NCBI GenBank assembly: GCA_902801465.1
Contig: CADCIH010000008.1
Span: 4,772-68,771 of the forward strand
From: an uncultured Bacteroidia bacterium
GTDB lineage: Bacteria > Bacteroidota > Bacteroidia > Bacteroidales > F082
DNA length: 64,000 bases
Reading direction: 5' to 3'
Part shown: positions 18,777 through 28,284 of the stretch, piece after piece
Numbering within the stretch: position 1 is the first letter of the stretch
Layout: every line of letters begins with the position of its first letter
The notes under the pieces: model-generated
Database searches by the model: none
Told to the model about the DNA's origin: nothing
The model's input: the letters and a program-made list of their open reading frames with translations, nothing else
Made by a program: the position numbers and the translations under genes

Positions 18777-19273
18777 CTATCAATGGACTGCACCTTCTTG
18801 ATGTCTTTACGCAGGCCTGAGGAGGCCAAAAGGGTCATCACCAGAGCCACAAGCGGCAGGAAGGCGCCCAATGCTGGCCATTGGAACGAAGGTATCGCGG
18901 CAATCGGGGCACCAGTCTTCATCAGATAATAGACGAAGAAAGTGGCGATGAACACCGCCAAGACAGCCAAGTTGATACGTGATAGCTTGAAGAGCTTCAC
19001 AAACTGCTGCAACTTCACCGCACGGAAAATCGACATGGAAATATAGAAGCTGATGAGGATGACGGCCACAGCCAATATCAATAAGGGCAGCGTATAGATT
19101 GAGCTGAACGGCAACTCCACTCCTTGGGCGAGCGACACGGTGTTGACGCCGTAGACAAACAGTTTGTAATAAGAACCATATTCGTCAAGATAAGCCGCCA
19201 TGGGCATGAAAAACAAAAGCCCCATTACAAGGGCGGAAAGGAAAAACAAGATGGATTGTACTCTTTGTTTCAT
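18767..19273 (-). CDS. DUF4293 membrane protein
   Basis: MKQRVQSILFFLSAL opening and about 5 TM helices. A tatctttg promoter box lies upstream. Confidence 0.65.
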   Translation of the reverse strand: MKQRVQSILFFLSALVMGLLFFMPMAAYLDEYGSYYKLFVYGVNTVSLAQGVELPFSSIYTLPLLILAVAVILISFYISMSIFRAVKLQQFVKLFKLSRINLAVLAVFIATFFVYYLMKTGAPIAAIPSFQWPALGAFLPLVALVMTLLASSGLRKDIKKVQSIDRIR

Positions 19274-19426
19274 GGTTAAACCGTTTTAAATTTGCCTGCA
19301 AAGATAGTAAAATCGCAAAAAAACGAGAAAAAAACTTGACAGGTTAAAGAAATTCACTAATTTTGCCGCATCATTTACTGAAAAGAATCACTTCTTTTTA
19401 TTTCCCCAAAAATTTTAATTCCCTTT

Positions 19427-21307
19427 ATGTACAACATTTATGAACTGAGCGATAAATCTTTTGAAGATTTAAAGATTATTGCCATTGAACTTGGAATCGA
19501 CGACGAAGGTCGCGACAAGCAACAGCTCATCTACGACATCCTCGACCACCAAGTGGAACACCCCGAGTCGGTAAAGAAAAAACCCGCCGACGGCGAGCAA
19601 AAGAAACGCGGACGCAAACCCAAGACCCAAAAGCCCGAGAACACAGAGCCTGCACAAGCCCCATCACAAGCTCCTTCACAACCCGAAGCCAGTGAGCCAA
19701 AGGCCAAGGAGGAAGAGCAACAGCAGCCCAAGAAGAAGCGCAACCGCATCAACAGAAACGAGGAAGGCCCCAAGGCACAAGAAATACCATTCCCGGCCGG
19801 AGAAACGCCCCAGGAACAACCTAAGGACGAGGCCGAACAAGGCAAACGCAGTCGCCGTCCGAGGATAGCCCAGAATGGAGCACCCAAAGACGCACAAGGA
19901 AAGCCCGAGGCCCCGAAAGCCCCTGAAGCGCCTGAAACCAGACAGCCTGAACAAACCAAAGAGCAAAGAGAGCCTCGTGAGCCAAAGGAGCCTCGTGAAC
20001 AGAGAGAACCTCGTGAACAGAGAGAGCCCAAGGGACCGAAAGAGCCCAAAGAGCATAGAGAACAGCGTGAACAGAGAGAACCTCGTGAGCCAAAGGAGCC
20101 TCAGCAACAGAAAGAGCCTCAGCAGCCCAAGGAGCCTCAACAGCCCAAGGACAATGAAAGAAACCGCCGTGACGAGTTCCTGAACGAATTCGACGGTGTG
20201 GTGGAAGCCGAAGGCGTGTTGGAGATTGCTCCCGAGGGATTCGGATTCCTTCGTTCGTCGGACTACAACTACCTTCCCTCCCCTGACGACATCTACGTCT
20301 CCACCTCGCAGATCAAGCTGTTCGGCTTGAAGACCGGCGACACGGTGCAAGGCACCATCCGCCCGCCGAAGAGCCAAGAGAAATACTTCCCCCTGGTGAA
20401 GGTCGACTTCATCAACGGACGTCGTCCCGAAGAGGTGCGCGACCGCATCCCGTTCGACTTCCTGACCCCCTTGTTCCCCAATGAGAAATTCACCATCACC
20501 GGACACCAGGGCGGCACCTTGTCGACCCGTATCATGGACATGTTCGCACCTATCGGCAAGGGACAGCGCGGTTTGATCGTGGCTCAGCCCAAGACCGGTA
20601 AGACCGTCCTATTAAAAGAGGTGGCCAACGCCATCGCCGCCAACCATCCCGAGGTGTACCTGATCATTCTGCTTATCGACGAGCGTCCCGAGGAGGTCAC
20701 CGACATGCAGCGCAGCGTCAACGCCGAGGTCATCGCCTCCACGTTCGATGAGCCCGCCTCAAAGCACGTGCAGATAGCCAACATCGTCTTGGAGAAGGCC
20801 AAGCGCCTCACCGAATGCGGCCACGACGTGGTCATCCTTCTCGACTCCATCACCCGTCTGGCTCGCGCCTACAACACCGTGTCGCCCGCCTCTGGCAAGG
20901 TGCTCACCGGTGGTGTCGAGGCCAACGCCCTCCAGAAGCCGAAACGCTTCTTCGGCGCCGCCCGTAAGATCGAGAACGGCGGATCGCTCACCATCTTGGC
21001 CACTGCCTTGATCGACACTGGATCCAAGATGGACGAGGTCATCTTCGAAGAATTCAAGGGCACCGGCAACATGGAGCTACAACTCGACCGTCGTCTGTCG
21101 AACAAACGTATCTTCCCCGCCATCGACATTGTGGCTTCAGGTACCCGTCGCGACGACCTGTTGGTCGACGAGGTCACCCTTGCCCGTGTGTGGGCGTTAC
21201 GCACCCATTTCGCCGACATGAACCCCGTGGAGGCCATGGAATTCCTGAAAGACAAAGTAGCCAAAACCGTCAGCAACGAAGAGTTCCTGATGAGCCTCGA
21301 CAAATAA
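19427..21307 (+). CDS. rho: Transcription termination factor Rho with a long low-complexity N-terminal insertion
   Basis: CSD-like [14 protein letters not shown], Walker [31 protein letters not shown] and [12 protein letters not shown]. Residues about 45-250 are K/E/P/Q/R-rich repeats. Confidence 0.95.
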   Translation: MYNIYELSDKSFEDLKIIAIELGIDDEGRDKQQLIYDILDHQVEHPESVKKKPADGEQKKRGRKPKTQKPENTEPAQAPSQAPSQPEASEPKAKEEEQQQPKKKRNRINRNEEGPKAQEIPFPAGETPQEQPKDEAEQGKRSRRPRIAQNGAPKDAQGKPEAPKAPEAPETRQPEQTKEQREPREPKEPREQREPREQREPKGPKEPKEHREQREQREPREPKEPQQQKEPQQPKEPQQPKDNERNRRDEFLNEFDGVVEAEGVLEIAPEGFGFLRSSDYNYLPSPDDIYVSTSQIKLFGLKTGDTVQGTIRPPKSQEKYFPLVKVDFINGRRPEEVRDRIPFDFLTPLFPNEKFTITGHQGGTLSTRIMDMFAPIGKGQRGLIVAQPKTGKTVLLKEVANAIAANHPEVYLIILLIDERPEEVTDMQRSVNAEVIASTFDEPASKHVQIANIVLEKAKRLTECGHDVVILLDSITRLARAYNTVSPASGKVLTGGVEANALQKPKRFFGAARKIENGGSLTILATALIDTGSKMDEVIFEEFKGTGNMELQLDRRLSNKRIFPAIDIVASGTRRDDLLVDEVTLARVWALRTHFADMNPVEAMEFLKDKVAKTVSNEEFLMSLDK

Positions 21308-21310
21308 GCC

Positions 21311-21913
21311 ATGAAGAAAGTACTCGCAATAATGGCCTTCATACTGATCGCCATTCAGCTTCAAGCCCAAGACCTTGACTTGCTGAACCGCATCAAAGCC
21401 ATCAACGGACAGGTCAAGACGTTCGAGGCCTCTTTGACGAACACCTTGATCAAGTCGAAGAAGACCACCTCACAGCAGGGCAAGCTTTATTTCGTTGCTC
21501 CCAATGAATTCGCTGCGACGTTCGATAACGAATACATGATAGTCAACGAAAATAAGATCAACATGGACATGGGCATGTTTGATGGCACCTACCGTCTCAG
21601 AGACGGCGGCATCTTGCAGTCGCTTTCCCATGTCTTTCTATATGGTTTCCAAGGTCGCCTTCAAGATCTTGCCGACGAGAACGGCTATAGCCTTTCCACC
21701 AAGACCGAGAACGGCTATCATATCGTCACCGGCACTATCATCAGGAAGAAGCTGATCGGCATAGGCTATAAGCAGGTGGTTTTCAAGTACCACGCCGACA
21801 GTTTGTTATTGAAAGAGATCGTGTTATGCGACTATAGCGGCAATTTGGACATCTATAGCATCAACAGCGTCAAATATGACGTAGCCGTGGACAAGGAGAA
21901 ATTCCGGTTTTAG
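21311..21913 (+). CDS. LolA-like outer-membrane lipoprotein carrier/sorting protein
   Basis: Signal peptide. The size (200 aa) and the pattern ...TFEASL...GKLYFVAPNEFAATFDN resemble the LolA-like family. Confidence 0.55.
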   Translation: MKKVLAIMAFILIAIQLQAQDLDLLNRIKAINGQVKTFEASLTNTLIKSKKTTSQQGKLYFVAPNEFAATFDNEYMIVNENKINMDMGMFDGTYRLRDGGILQSLSHVFLYGFQGRLQDLADENGYSLSTKTENGYHIVTGTIIRKKLIGIGYKQVVFKYHADSLLLKEIVLCDYSGNLDIYSINSVKYDVAVDKEKFRF

Positions 21914-21928
21914 TTCGGACCAGATTCC

Positions 21929-23281
21929 TTAATAAAGCTGCTTCAAGTCATCGGTGGTAAGACCATTGAAGTCGCCTGAACTCATGAAAGCGCCAACGAC
22001 ATTCTGCCGTTGGCCTTTTTGTAACAGGTCGATGAGTTCCACCTTGTTGTGGACCACCTTCAGGTCGGGACGGCCAAAGCCTTCGACGATGCGGCTGTCG
22101 GGCATCAGCTCCAGCTTCTTTATGGCCACGGCATGCGGGTCGTAGAAAACGATGGCTGTATCCGCCAGCTTCAGGGCATCACGATAATGGTCGATGAACA
22201 CCTCACTGAGGCTGCTATAGGTATGCAGCTCAAACACCGCGATGAGGTGTTTCTCTGGGAATTGTTCACGCAAGGCCTTCACGCTGGCATTCACCTTCGA
22301 GGGGGCATGGGCGAAGTCGCGGAATACCAGATTATCACCGTTCTCGAACAAGAGCTCCAGCCGGCGGGCAGCGCCTTTGAACGAAGCTATGGCATCGTAG
22401 AACTGCTCGTCGGTGACCCCCAGTTGGCGGCACACCAGACGCGCGGCATTAATGTTCTTCATGTTATGGCTGCCAAACACGCCCACTTCTCTCCTACTGC
22501 CATCAGGCAACAGCAAGGTGGTCTTGAGTCCGTCGCTCTCGAAAGGATGCACCCCATAGCCGTATGTCTTGCAACTGGCGCCTTGGGCGATCTTCTCCGC
22601 CTCCACATCCGTCTGGTCGTAGACGAGGCAGCCGCCAGACTCAATGGTGCGGACGAAGATGCGGAACTGCTCCAGGTAGTTGTCGAAGGTCGGGAACACG
22701 TTCACATGGTCCCATCCGATGCCGCTAATGACGGCGATATGCGGATGATAATGATGGAACTTCGGCACGCGGTCGATGGGCGAAGTGAGGTATTCATCCC
22801 CTTCCATCACCATATAACGCGCCGTCTCGCTGAGGCGTACCATCACGTCGAAGCCTTCCAATTGGGCACCCACCATGAAATCCGTCTCGATGCCGACCTT
22901 TTGCAACACATGAAGAATCATCGAGGTAATGGTGGTCTTGCCGTGACTGCCGCCGATGACGATACGTGTCTTGTCCTTGCTCTGCTCATAGAGGTACTCC
23001 GGATAGGAATACACCTTCAGTCCCAGCTCCTGTGCCCTGACCAGCTCGGGGTTGTCGATGCGGGCATGCATGCCCAGGATGACGGCATCGTACGATTTGT
23101 CGAGTTTCTCGGGATACCAGCCCCATTGAGGCGGCAAGATGCCCTCATTGGCGAGGCGTGACTTGGAAGGCTCGAATATCTCATCATCCGAACCTGTGAC
23201 TTCGTAGCCCTTGCGATGCAAGGCGATGGCGAGGTTGTGCATGGCACTGCCTCCTATGGCGATAAAATGTACCTTTTTCAT
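21929..23281 (-). CDS. mpl: UDP-N-acetylmuramate:L-Ala-D-Glu-meso-DAP ligase (murein peptide ligase)
   Basis: Start set at MKKVHFIAIGGSAMHNLA (23281). Mur-ligase P-loop GGSHGKTTITSM, with overall Mpl-like length and N-terminus. Confidence 0.8.
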   Translation of the reverse strand: MKKVHFIAIGGSAMHNLAIALHRKGYEVTGSDDEIFEPSKSRLANEGILPPQWGWYPEKLDKSYDAVILGMHARIDNPELVRAQELGLKVYSYPEYLYEQSKDKTRIVIGGSHGKTTITSMILHVLQKVGIETDFMVGAQLEGFDVMVRLSETARYMVMEGDEYLTSPIDRVPKFHHYHPHIAVISGIGWDHVNVFPTFDNYLEQFRIFVRTIESGGCLVYDQTDVEAEKIAQGASCKTYGYGVHPFESDGLKTTLLLPDGSRREVGVFGSHNMKNINAARLVCRQLGVTDEQFYDAIASFKGAARRLELLFENGDNLVFRDFAHAPSKVNASVKALREQFPEKHLIAVFELHTYSSLSEVFIDHYRDALKLADTAIVFYDPHAVAIKKLELMPDSRIVEGFGRPDLKVVHNKVELIDLLQKGQRQNVVGAFMSSGDFNGLTTDDLKQLY

Positions 23282-23333
23282 AGCGATTTTGTTTGAAGCC
23301 GTAAAGGTAAGCAAATTTGTGTAATTTTGCGGC

Positions 23334-23789
23334 ATGGAAGAAAAAGAAAAACAGTATCAGCTTCTTTTGAAGCAGGCGCAGGCTTTGGTGAAGGACGAGA
23401 CCAACCTGATCGCCAACTTGAGTAACCTCTCCTCTTTGATTCATTTCACCTTTAATTTCTGGTGGACCGGCTTCTATTTCGTTGACGGCCAGCAGTTGGT
23501 GTTGGGGCCCTTCCAAGGACCTCTGGCCTGCACCCGCATCCCTTACGGGAAGGGCGTTTGCGGCACAGCCTGGAAGGAAGGTCGTACCATTGTGGTTCCC
23601 GATGTGGAACAGTTTCCCGGCCATATCGCTTGCAGCAGCGAGTCGCGGAGCGAGATAGTAGTTCCCATCTTTAAGGACGGGAAAGTCTGGGCAGAATTGG
23701 ATATCGACAGCAAGGAGCTCAACACTTTTGATGAGATTGATAAACAGTGGTTGGAGTTATTAATTAAAAATTTAGAATTTATAATTTAG
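23334..23789 (+). CDS. GAF-domain protein (free methionine-R-sulfoxide reductase-like)
   Basis: GFYFVDGQQLVLGPFQGPLACTRIPYGKGVCGTAW...FPGHIACSSESRSEIVVPI matches the YebR/MsrC GAF signature. A taattttg box lies just upstream. Confidence 0.75.
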   Translation: MEEKEKQYQLLLKQAQALVKDETNLIANLSNLSSLIHFTFNFWWTGFYFVDGQQLVLGPFQGPLACTRIPYGKGVCGTAWKEGRTIVVPDVEQFPGHIACSSESRSEIVVPIFKDGKVWAELDIDSKELNTFDEIDKQWLELLIKNLEFII

Positions 23790-23792
23790 AGG

Positions 23793-25097
23793 GTGAAGGG
23801 GCTGAATCATGAGATATTGAAGCTGGCGATTCCGAACATCATCAGCAACATCACCGTTCCTTTGTTGGGGCTGGTTGACATGATGCTGATGGGGCATTTG
23901 GAGTCGGTGGCGTATATTGGCGCCATCGGGTTGGGCGGCACCATCTTCAGCGTGATGTATTCCATCTTCAGCTTCATGCGTGCTGGCACGACGGGCTTCA
24001 CGGCACAGGCATACGGCGGTCAGGACCGGCAGGAGATTTCATACGCTTTCTACCGTTCCATCTGCATCGCTTTCATCGCCACCGTGTTGGTTTTGTCGTT
24101 GCAGCGGCCCATTGAGTGGATTGCCATGCAGCTACTCAACGGCAGTCCCGAGGTCCTTGGATATACTTCCGATTATTTCCGTGTGAGGATTTGGGCGGCG
24201 CCTGCGGTATTGTGTCTCTACACTTTCAACGGTTGGTATATCGGCATGCAGAACACCACCATCCCCATGGTGATTGCCATTTTGATCAATGTGGTCAACA
24301 TCGGGTTAAGCGTGTTGTTTGTCAACGTATTCAAGATGGGTGTGGTTGGCGTGGCTTTGGGCACGGTGATAGCGCAATACACAGGCTTGCTTACTGCCTT
24401 TATCTTCATGCTTGTCAGATACCGCCAGTACCTCGTCCCTGTCAGAAGGGCCATCCTTTTGCAGGCCGACAAGTTGAGGCGGTTTTTCAAGGTGAACACC
24501 GACTTCATGATTCGCAGTATCTTGTTGGTGTTGACCATTGCTTTCTTCACCAACCAGAGTGCCAAGTTAGGCGACGATATCTTGGCGGTGAACATGATTT
24601 TGATGCAGTTCTTTTACATCTTCAGCTATTTTACTGACGGCTTCGCTTACGCCGGCGAGGCCTTGGTGGGGCGTTTCACTGGCGCTCACGACCTGAGCAA
24701 TTTAAAGAAAACCATCAAACACCTTCTCATCTGGGGTGTGGCCTTGAGTGTGCCTTTCACCCTACTCTACTGGGCTTTCCCCGAGGCTTTCATCCGTTTG
24801 GTTTCCGACCAGCCTGGGGTGGCAGAGCAGGCTCGACCTTATTACATCTATATGGTATTGATTCCCGTGATTACCTTTGCCGCTTTCTTATGGGACGGCA
24901 TTTACATTGGTGCCACGGCTGCGAGGGAGATTCGTAACACGATGATCATTGCTTCGTTGCTGGTCTTTCTGCCAGCTTGGTATTTCCTGATGCCCGTTTA
25001 CGGCAATCACGGCTTATGGATTGCCTTTTTGCTCTTCATGGTCGCCCGTGGCGTCAGCATGACGGTGATGGCGAGACGTATTTGGAGGATTCACTAG
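23793..25097 (+). CDS. MATE family efflux transporter
   Basis: 434 aa with about 12 TM helices. The N-terminal LKLAIPNIISNITVPLLGLVD is typical of MATE/DinF-like proteins. GTG start as in the ORF track. Confidence 0.8.
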   Translation: MKGLNHEILKLAIPNIISNITVPLLGLVDMMLMGHLESVAYIGAIGLGGTIFSVMYSIFSFMRAGTTGFTAQAYGGQDRQEISYAFYRSICIAFIATVLVLSLQRPIEWIAMQLLNGSPEVLGYTSDYFRVRIWAAPAVLCLYTFNGWYIGMQNTTIPMVIAILINVVNIGLSVLFVNVFKMGVVGVALGTVIAQYTGLLTAFIFMLVRYRQYLVPVRRAILLQADKLRRFFKVNTDFMIRSILLVLTIAFFTNQSAKLGDDILAVNMILMQFFYIFSYFTDGFAYAGEALVGRFTGAHDLSNLKKTIKHLLIWGVALSVPFTLLYWAFPEAFIRLVSDQPGVAEQARPYYIYMVLIPVITFAAFLWDGIYIGATAAREIRNTMIIASLLVFLPAWYFLMPVYGNHGLWIAFLLFMVARGVSMTVMARRIWRIH

Positions 25098-25351
25098 AGG
25101 TTTTTAGCCATTTCTTTCCCTTTTTCGGTGGCCATTCGGTTGGGGTCGGGTGTGATGCCCACTCTACCCAGGTCGAGGCGGTCGGCGTCGAAGCATGCGT
25201 CGATGGTGGGGTTGCCTGTTCGGTGCGTCGTTGTATGAAGGCGGCAGGCGGTTTGGAGCATCTCGAATTGTTGGTCAAGAATCACAAAAACTTTGGCGAA
25301 GTGGTTTATGTCATTGAGCACGAAAAACCAATAGACCTCATCACAGGACAT
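25094..25351 (-). pseudogene. Possible 3' remnant of a GC-rich host gene truncated at the island junction
   Basis: Only the part from about 25100 to 25285 is GC-rich (…DACFDADRLDLGRVGITPDP…, reminiscent of HD-domain C-termini). The first 25 or so codons lie in AT-rich DNA. Confidence 0.25.
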
Positions 25352-25704
25352 AAAAAAAGTGACATTGAAAACGTCTACTCCTTCCTCCCTTGGGACTGGC
25401 GCGATTTAAATCAATATCACTTTGCAAAAATACGCATTATTTTCGAAAAGTCAAGACTTTTGGAAAGAATTTTATAAAAATATTGTTTGAAATATCATGC
25501 AAGCCAAAAGACAAAGAACCAGACGAGGAAACCTATCCATGCTGCTGCTATGATAGCGATAACCCACATTCCGATTTTGTCGCTTATGGTGGGTTTGGGC
25601 TGATATGACGGTCGATATGGTTGCTCATATACCGGTTCTTGCCAAAAGTCCTCCCATCGAGGCGGATCTTCAGTGATCCAGTACGTCTTCCATACAGTTT
25701 TATT

Positions 25705-27174
25705 TTAGCGGACCTCTTTTATTTCCACATAAGTTTGCGGAAGACCAGATAGTTTTTCCAATAGTTTTAACCTTTGGGTAATGATGCTTATATTATATCC
25801 TTGACTATTGATTTTAAATGACACCAGCCATCTTGATATAGTTTCCATATCGAACAGCTTAAAGCCAACGGTTAGTTTATCATTTTCATACAGGTACACG
25901 ACCTTTTGTTTTTTGTTTCTCAAAAAAGTGCTATATCCCACAAAGTAACACAGCAGGGTAATAGCCATTAGACAATGGAAAAGATTACTTTCTTCAGAAT
26001 TCGAAGACAACTTTTCTGGAGCTAATAATTGCTCCATTGAATCAACAAATTCTTGCAATGACAAATCAAAAGATGCAATCCTCTCGAATTCACTAGACTC
26101 ACATATTTTCAAATATGACAGAAAGAAAAACAGTTGAGGCAGTATTTCGCTATTAAACGGCATCCCACACAACCCTATTCTTGCGGTTGAAAACACCCTT
26201 TCGACCTGACGCAGACTAGGATGATTCTGCTTAACCAGGACCTTCGCCATGGTCAAGAACTCTTCTTTATCAAATTCGGCTTTGGCTTTATTCTGTCCAG
26301 AATAATCTATTCCAATTCGATATTCGTTTCTTAAGAACTCATCAAAACCATAATAATCATACAAGTATTCACAAAACTGATCAGCATTCGGTTCTGGCAA
26401 AAAATACTCAAAGTCTATAAAACGCCTTAAATACTCCTCTGCATCGATTTCATTGCTTCCATAAAAGCCTTTTACCGAGCAAGCTAGTTGTCGTTTGTCA
26501 ACAGCGAGGATGAAAACAATGTTCGGAACATCAAATAGATGCTTGATTCTTTCAAGCACTTTCACTGCAAAAGCAGGATTACAACGGTCCAATTCATCCA
26601 CCATAAAAATTAATGGTTTGCCTTTGTCACATACCTTCGTCATATAATCCTTAAGACTATCCTTAAACGAATGCATTATCTCTGCCCGGTCGTCTTCTTT
26701 TTTCAAAGAATCGTAAATTGTGGCTTCCAATTGCTTTGCTCCTCCTTCAATGGCACCTTTTGCAACCTCACCCAAGGAACCTGTTGCAGCGGTTAAAGCA
26801 CCCATCAACGCGCCCAAACAAACTTTTGCTCCCGTTTTTAACACATCGTCTAGGCCTTCCTCTTTTTGCAGTACCTTCATTCCACGAAGCATCGAAACCA
26901 AAGGCTCGTCGCTAATATCATCCTCCCAGGCGTTGTAGTAAACAACAGGGAAGTCTTGGTTTTTCAAGTGTTGCGACCACATCTTCAGAAAGGCGGTTTT
27001 ACCCGTTCCCCACGATCCGTTTAATGCGATAACTGCTCCACTAACAAATGTTTCCACAATGCCCGTTAATATCTCAGCATAGTCTTTTCTACCCAGCTTG
27101 TCATCTTTAAACGGCTGGGCGGGGTCTTCTATGACAAACTCCTTGGCTTTTGCTTTGATAAATTGTTTTTCCAT
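25705..27174 (-). CDS. KAP family P-loop NTPase
   Basis: Walker A LNGSWGTGKTAF and Walker B FMVDELDRC. Start set at MEKQFIK (27174) so it does not overlap the upstream gene. Confidence 0.8.
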   Translation of the reverse strand: MEKQFIKAKAKEFVIEDPAQPFKDDKLGRKDYAEILTGIVETFVSGAVIALNGSWGTGKTAFLKMWSQHLKNQDFPVVYYNAWEDDISDEPLVSMLRGMKVLQKEEGLDDVLKTGAKVCLGALMGALTAATGSLGEVAKGAIEGGAKQLEATIYDSLKKEDDRAEIMHSFKDSLKDYMTKVCDKGKPLIFMVDELDRCNPAFAVKVLERIKHLFDVPNIVFILAVDKRQLACSVKGFYGSNEIDAEEYLRRFIDFEYFLPEPNADQFCEYLYDYYGFDEFLRNEYRIGIDYSGQNKAKAEFDKEEFLTMAKVLVKQNHPSLRQVERVFSTARIGLCGMPFNSEILPQLFFFLSYLKICESSEFERIASFDLSLQEFVDSMEQLLAPEKLSSNSEESNLFHCLMAITLLCYFVGYSTFLRNKKQKVVYLYENDKLTVGFKLFDMETISRWLVSFKINSQGYNISIITQRLKLLEKLSGLPQTYVEIKEVR

Positions 27175-27193
27175 TTCTCGGGTAGGTGACGGT

Positions 27194-27634
27194 TTAATTA
27201 ATCGGAATAACTCCCCTATTATTTGGCTCCGTACTCCATTGCACCTGCCAACAGCGACCATCAATTTGATCAAGCAACAGGAAGTTATACATGTTTTCGG
27301 TAGGATAAAGAGTAAAACGGCAACAAATCTGATCTTTCGGGGTTAATATCCGAATGTTTAAGTCAAGGGCAGTTTCAAATCGGTATTCATTCCCCTTTAC
27401 ACTGTATTGCACTTGCCATATTTGACCAGTCATCGTGTCCAGTTTCAAAAACGTCCACATGTTTTGTGTCTTGAACAATTGATATCTCGGCTCTCTCAAT
27501 TGGTTCAGATACGCTTCCATGTATTGAAACATTTTGATGTCTCTTTCCGAAAGACCTTCTTGTTGAACTTCTTGCTTGCAACCAGTGATAAACAACAATG
27601 CTGTGAGACTGAATAGTAACAATGTTTTTCTCAT
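27194..27634 (-). CDS. Lipoprotein of unknown function (internal duplicated WQVQ[YW]S motif)
   Basis: Lipobox LLFITGC. Two repeats: GQIWQVQYS and GRCWQVQWS. Confidence 0.55.
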   Translation of the reverse strand: MRKTLLLFSLTALLFITGCKQEVQQEGLSERDIKMFQYMEAYLNQLREPRYQLFKTQNMWTFLKLDTMTGQIWQVQYSVKGNEYRFETALDLNIRILTPKDQICCRFTLYPTENMYNFLLLDQIDGRCWQVQWSTEPNNRGVIPIN

Positions 27635-27666
27635 ACCATTAAATTTATTGGGGGTAACGCCATATA

Positions 27667-28245
27667 TTAAAGGTCATCCATTGCGGAGTCAAGTACCTTT
27701 TCAGAGTTGATTTTGTCATAATATGAGAGCCGCACCATACCAGAACCAAACGAAGAACCTTCAAGCAGCGACAACTCAATATTGCCCAAATCAGTTGAAA
27801 ACACGGTGTACCATTCGTATTCTCCAGAATGCAAGGCCAACATTTTCAAATCATCACTGTCGCCCACGTACCCGGTAAACCTCTCGGAACGCATTTCTGG
27901 TCTGCCATATTTCTTTGTCAACATAGACTTAAGTTGTTCATAATCATTCAGCAGCGAAGACCATGTTTCTCTTTCGGGGAACAAAACGGCAATATGACTG
28001 ACGACATCGCAATTGCTCAAAGTAGACACACCAATAAGACAATCTTTGAAGCCAGCAAAATCACCAGACAAAACAGAAAGACCGTCTTCAGTCCCTTCAA
28101 ATTGAAAACCCGCCTTAATCATCGCGTTGGTATATTGCTTAAGAGTGCCATCAATTGGCACTCCCTTAAACGACAAATGCTCTTCCTGAGCCATCACACT
28201 GCCCATTATAATAAGGCAAACTAAAGTTGTTACTAGTTTTTTCAT
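27667..28245 (-). CDS. Secreted protein of unknown function
   Basis: Signal peptide MKKLVTTLVCLIIMGSVMAQ. 192 aa. Confidence 0.5.
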   Translation of the reverse strand: MKKLVTTLVCLIIMGSVMAQEEHLSFKGVPIDGTLKQYTNAMIKAGFQFEGTEDGLSVLSGDFAGFKDCLIGVSTLSNCDVVSHIAVLFPERETWSSLLNDYEQLKSMLTKKYGRPEMRSERFTGYVGDSDDLKMLALHSGEYEWYTVFSTDLGNIELSLLEGSSFGSGMVRLSYYDKINSEKVLDSAMDDL

Positions 28246-28284
28246 AATTGAATTATTTTATATGAGTATATCCCTATTTTACAA

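Noticed and set aside
25390-25704. Small ORFs in the MATE-KAP gap, including a minus-strand frame encoding a tail-anchored-looking hydrophobic peptide (…GMWVIAIIAAAWIGFLVWFFVFWLA).
   Set aside because: There is no plausible start codon upstream of the hydrophobic segment apart from one Met 25 codons from the end. It has no promoter box and no conservation evidence.
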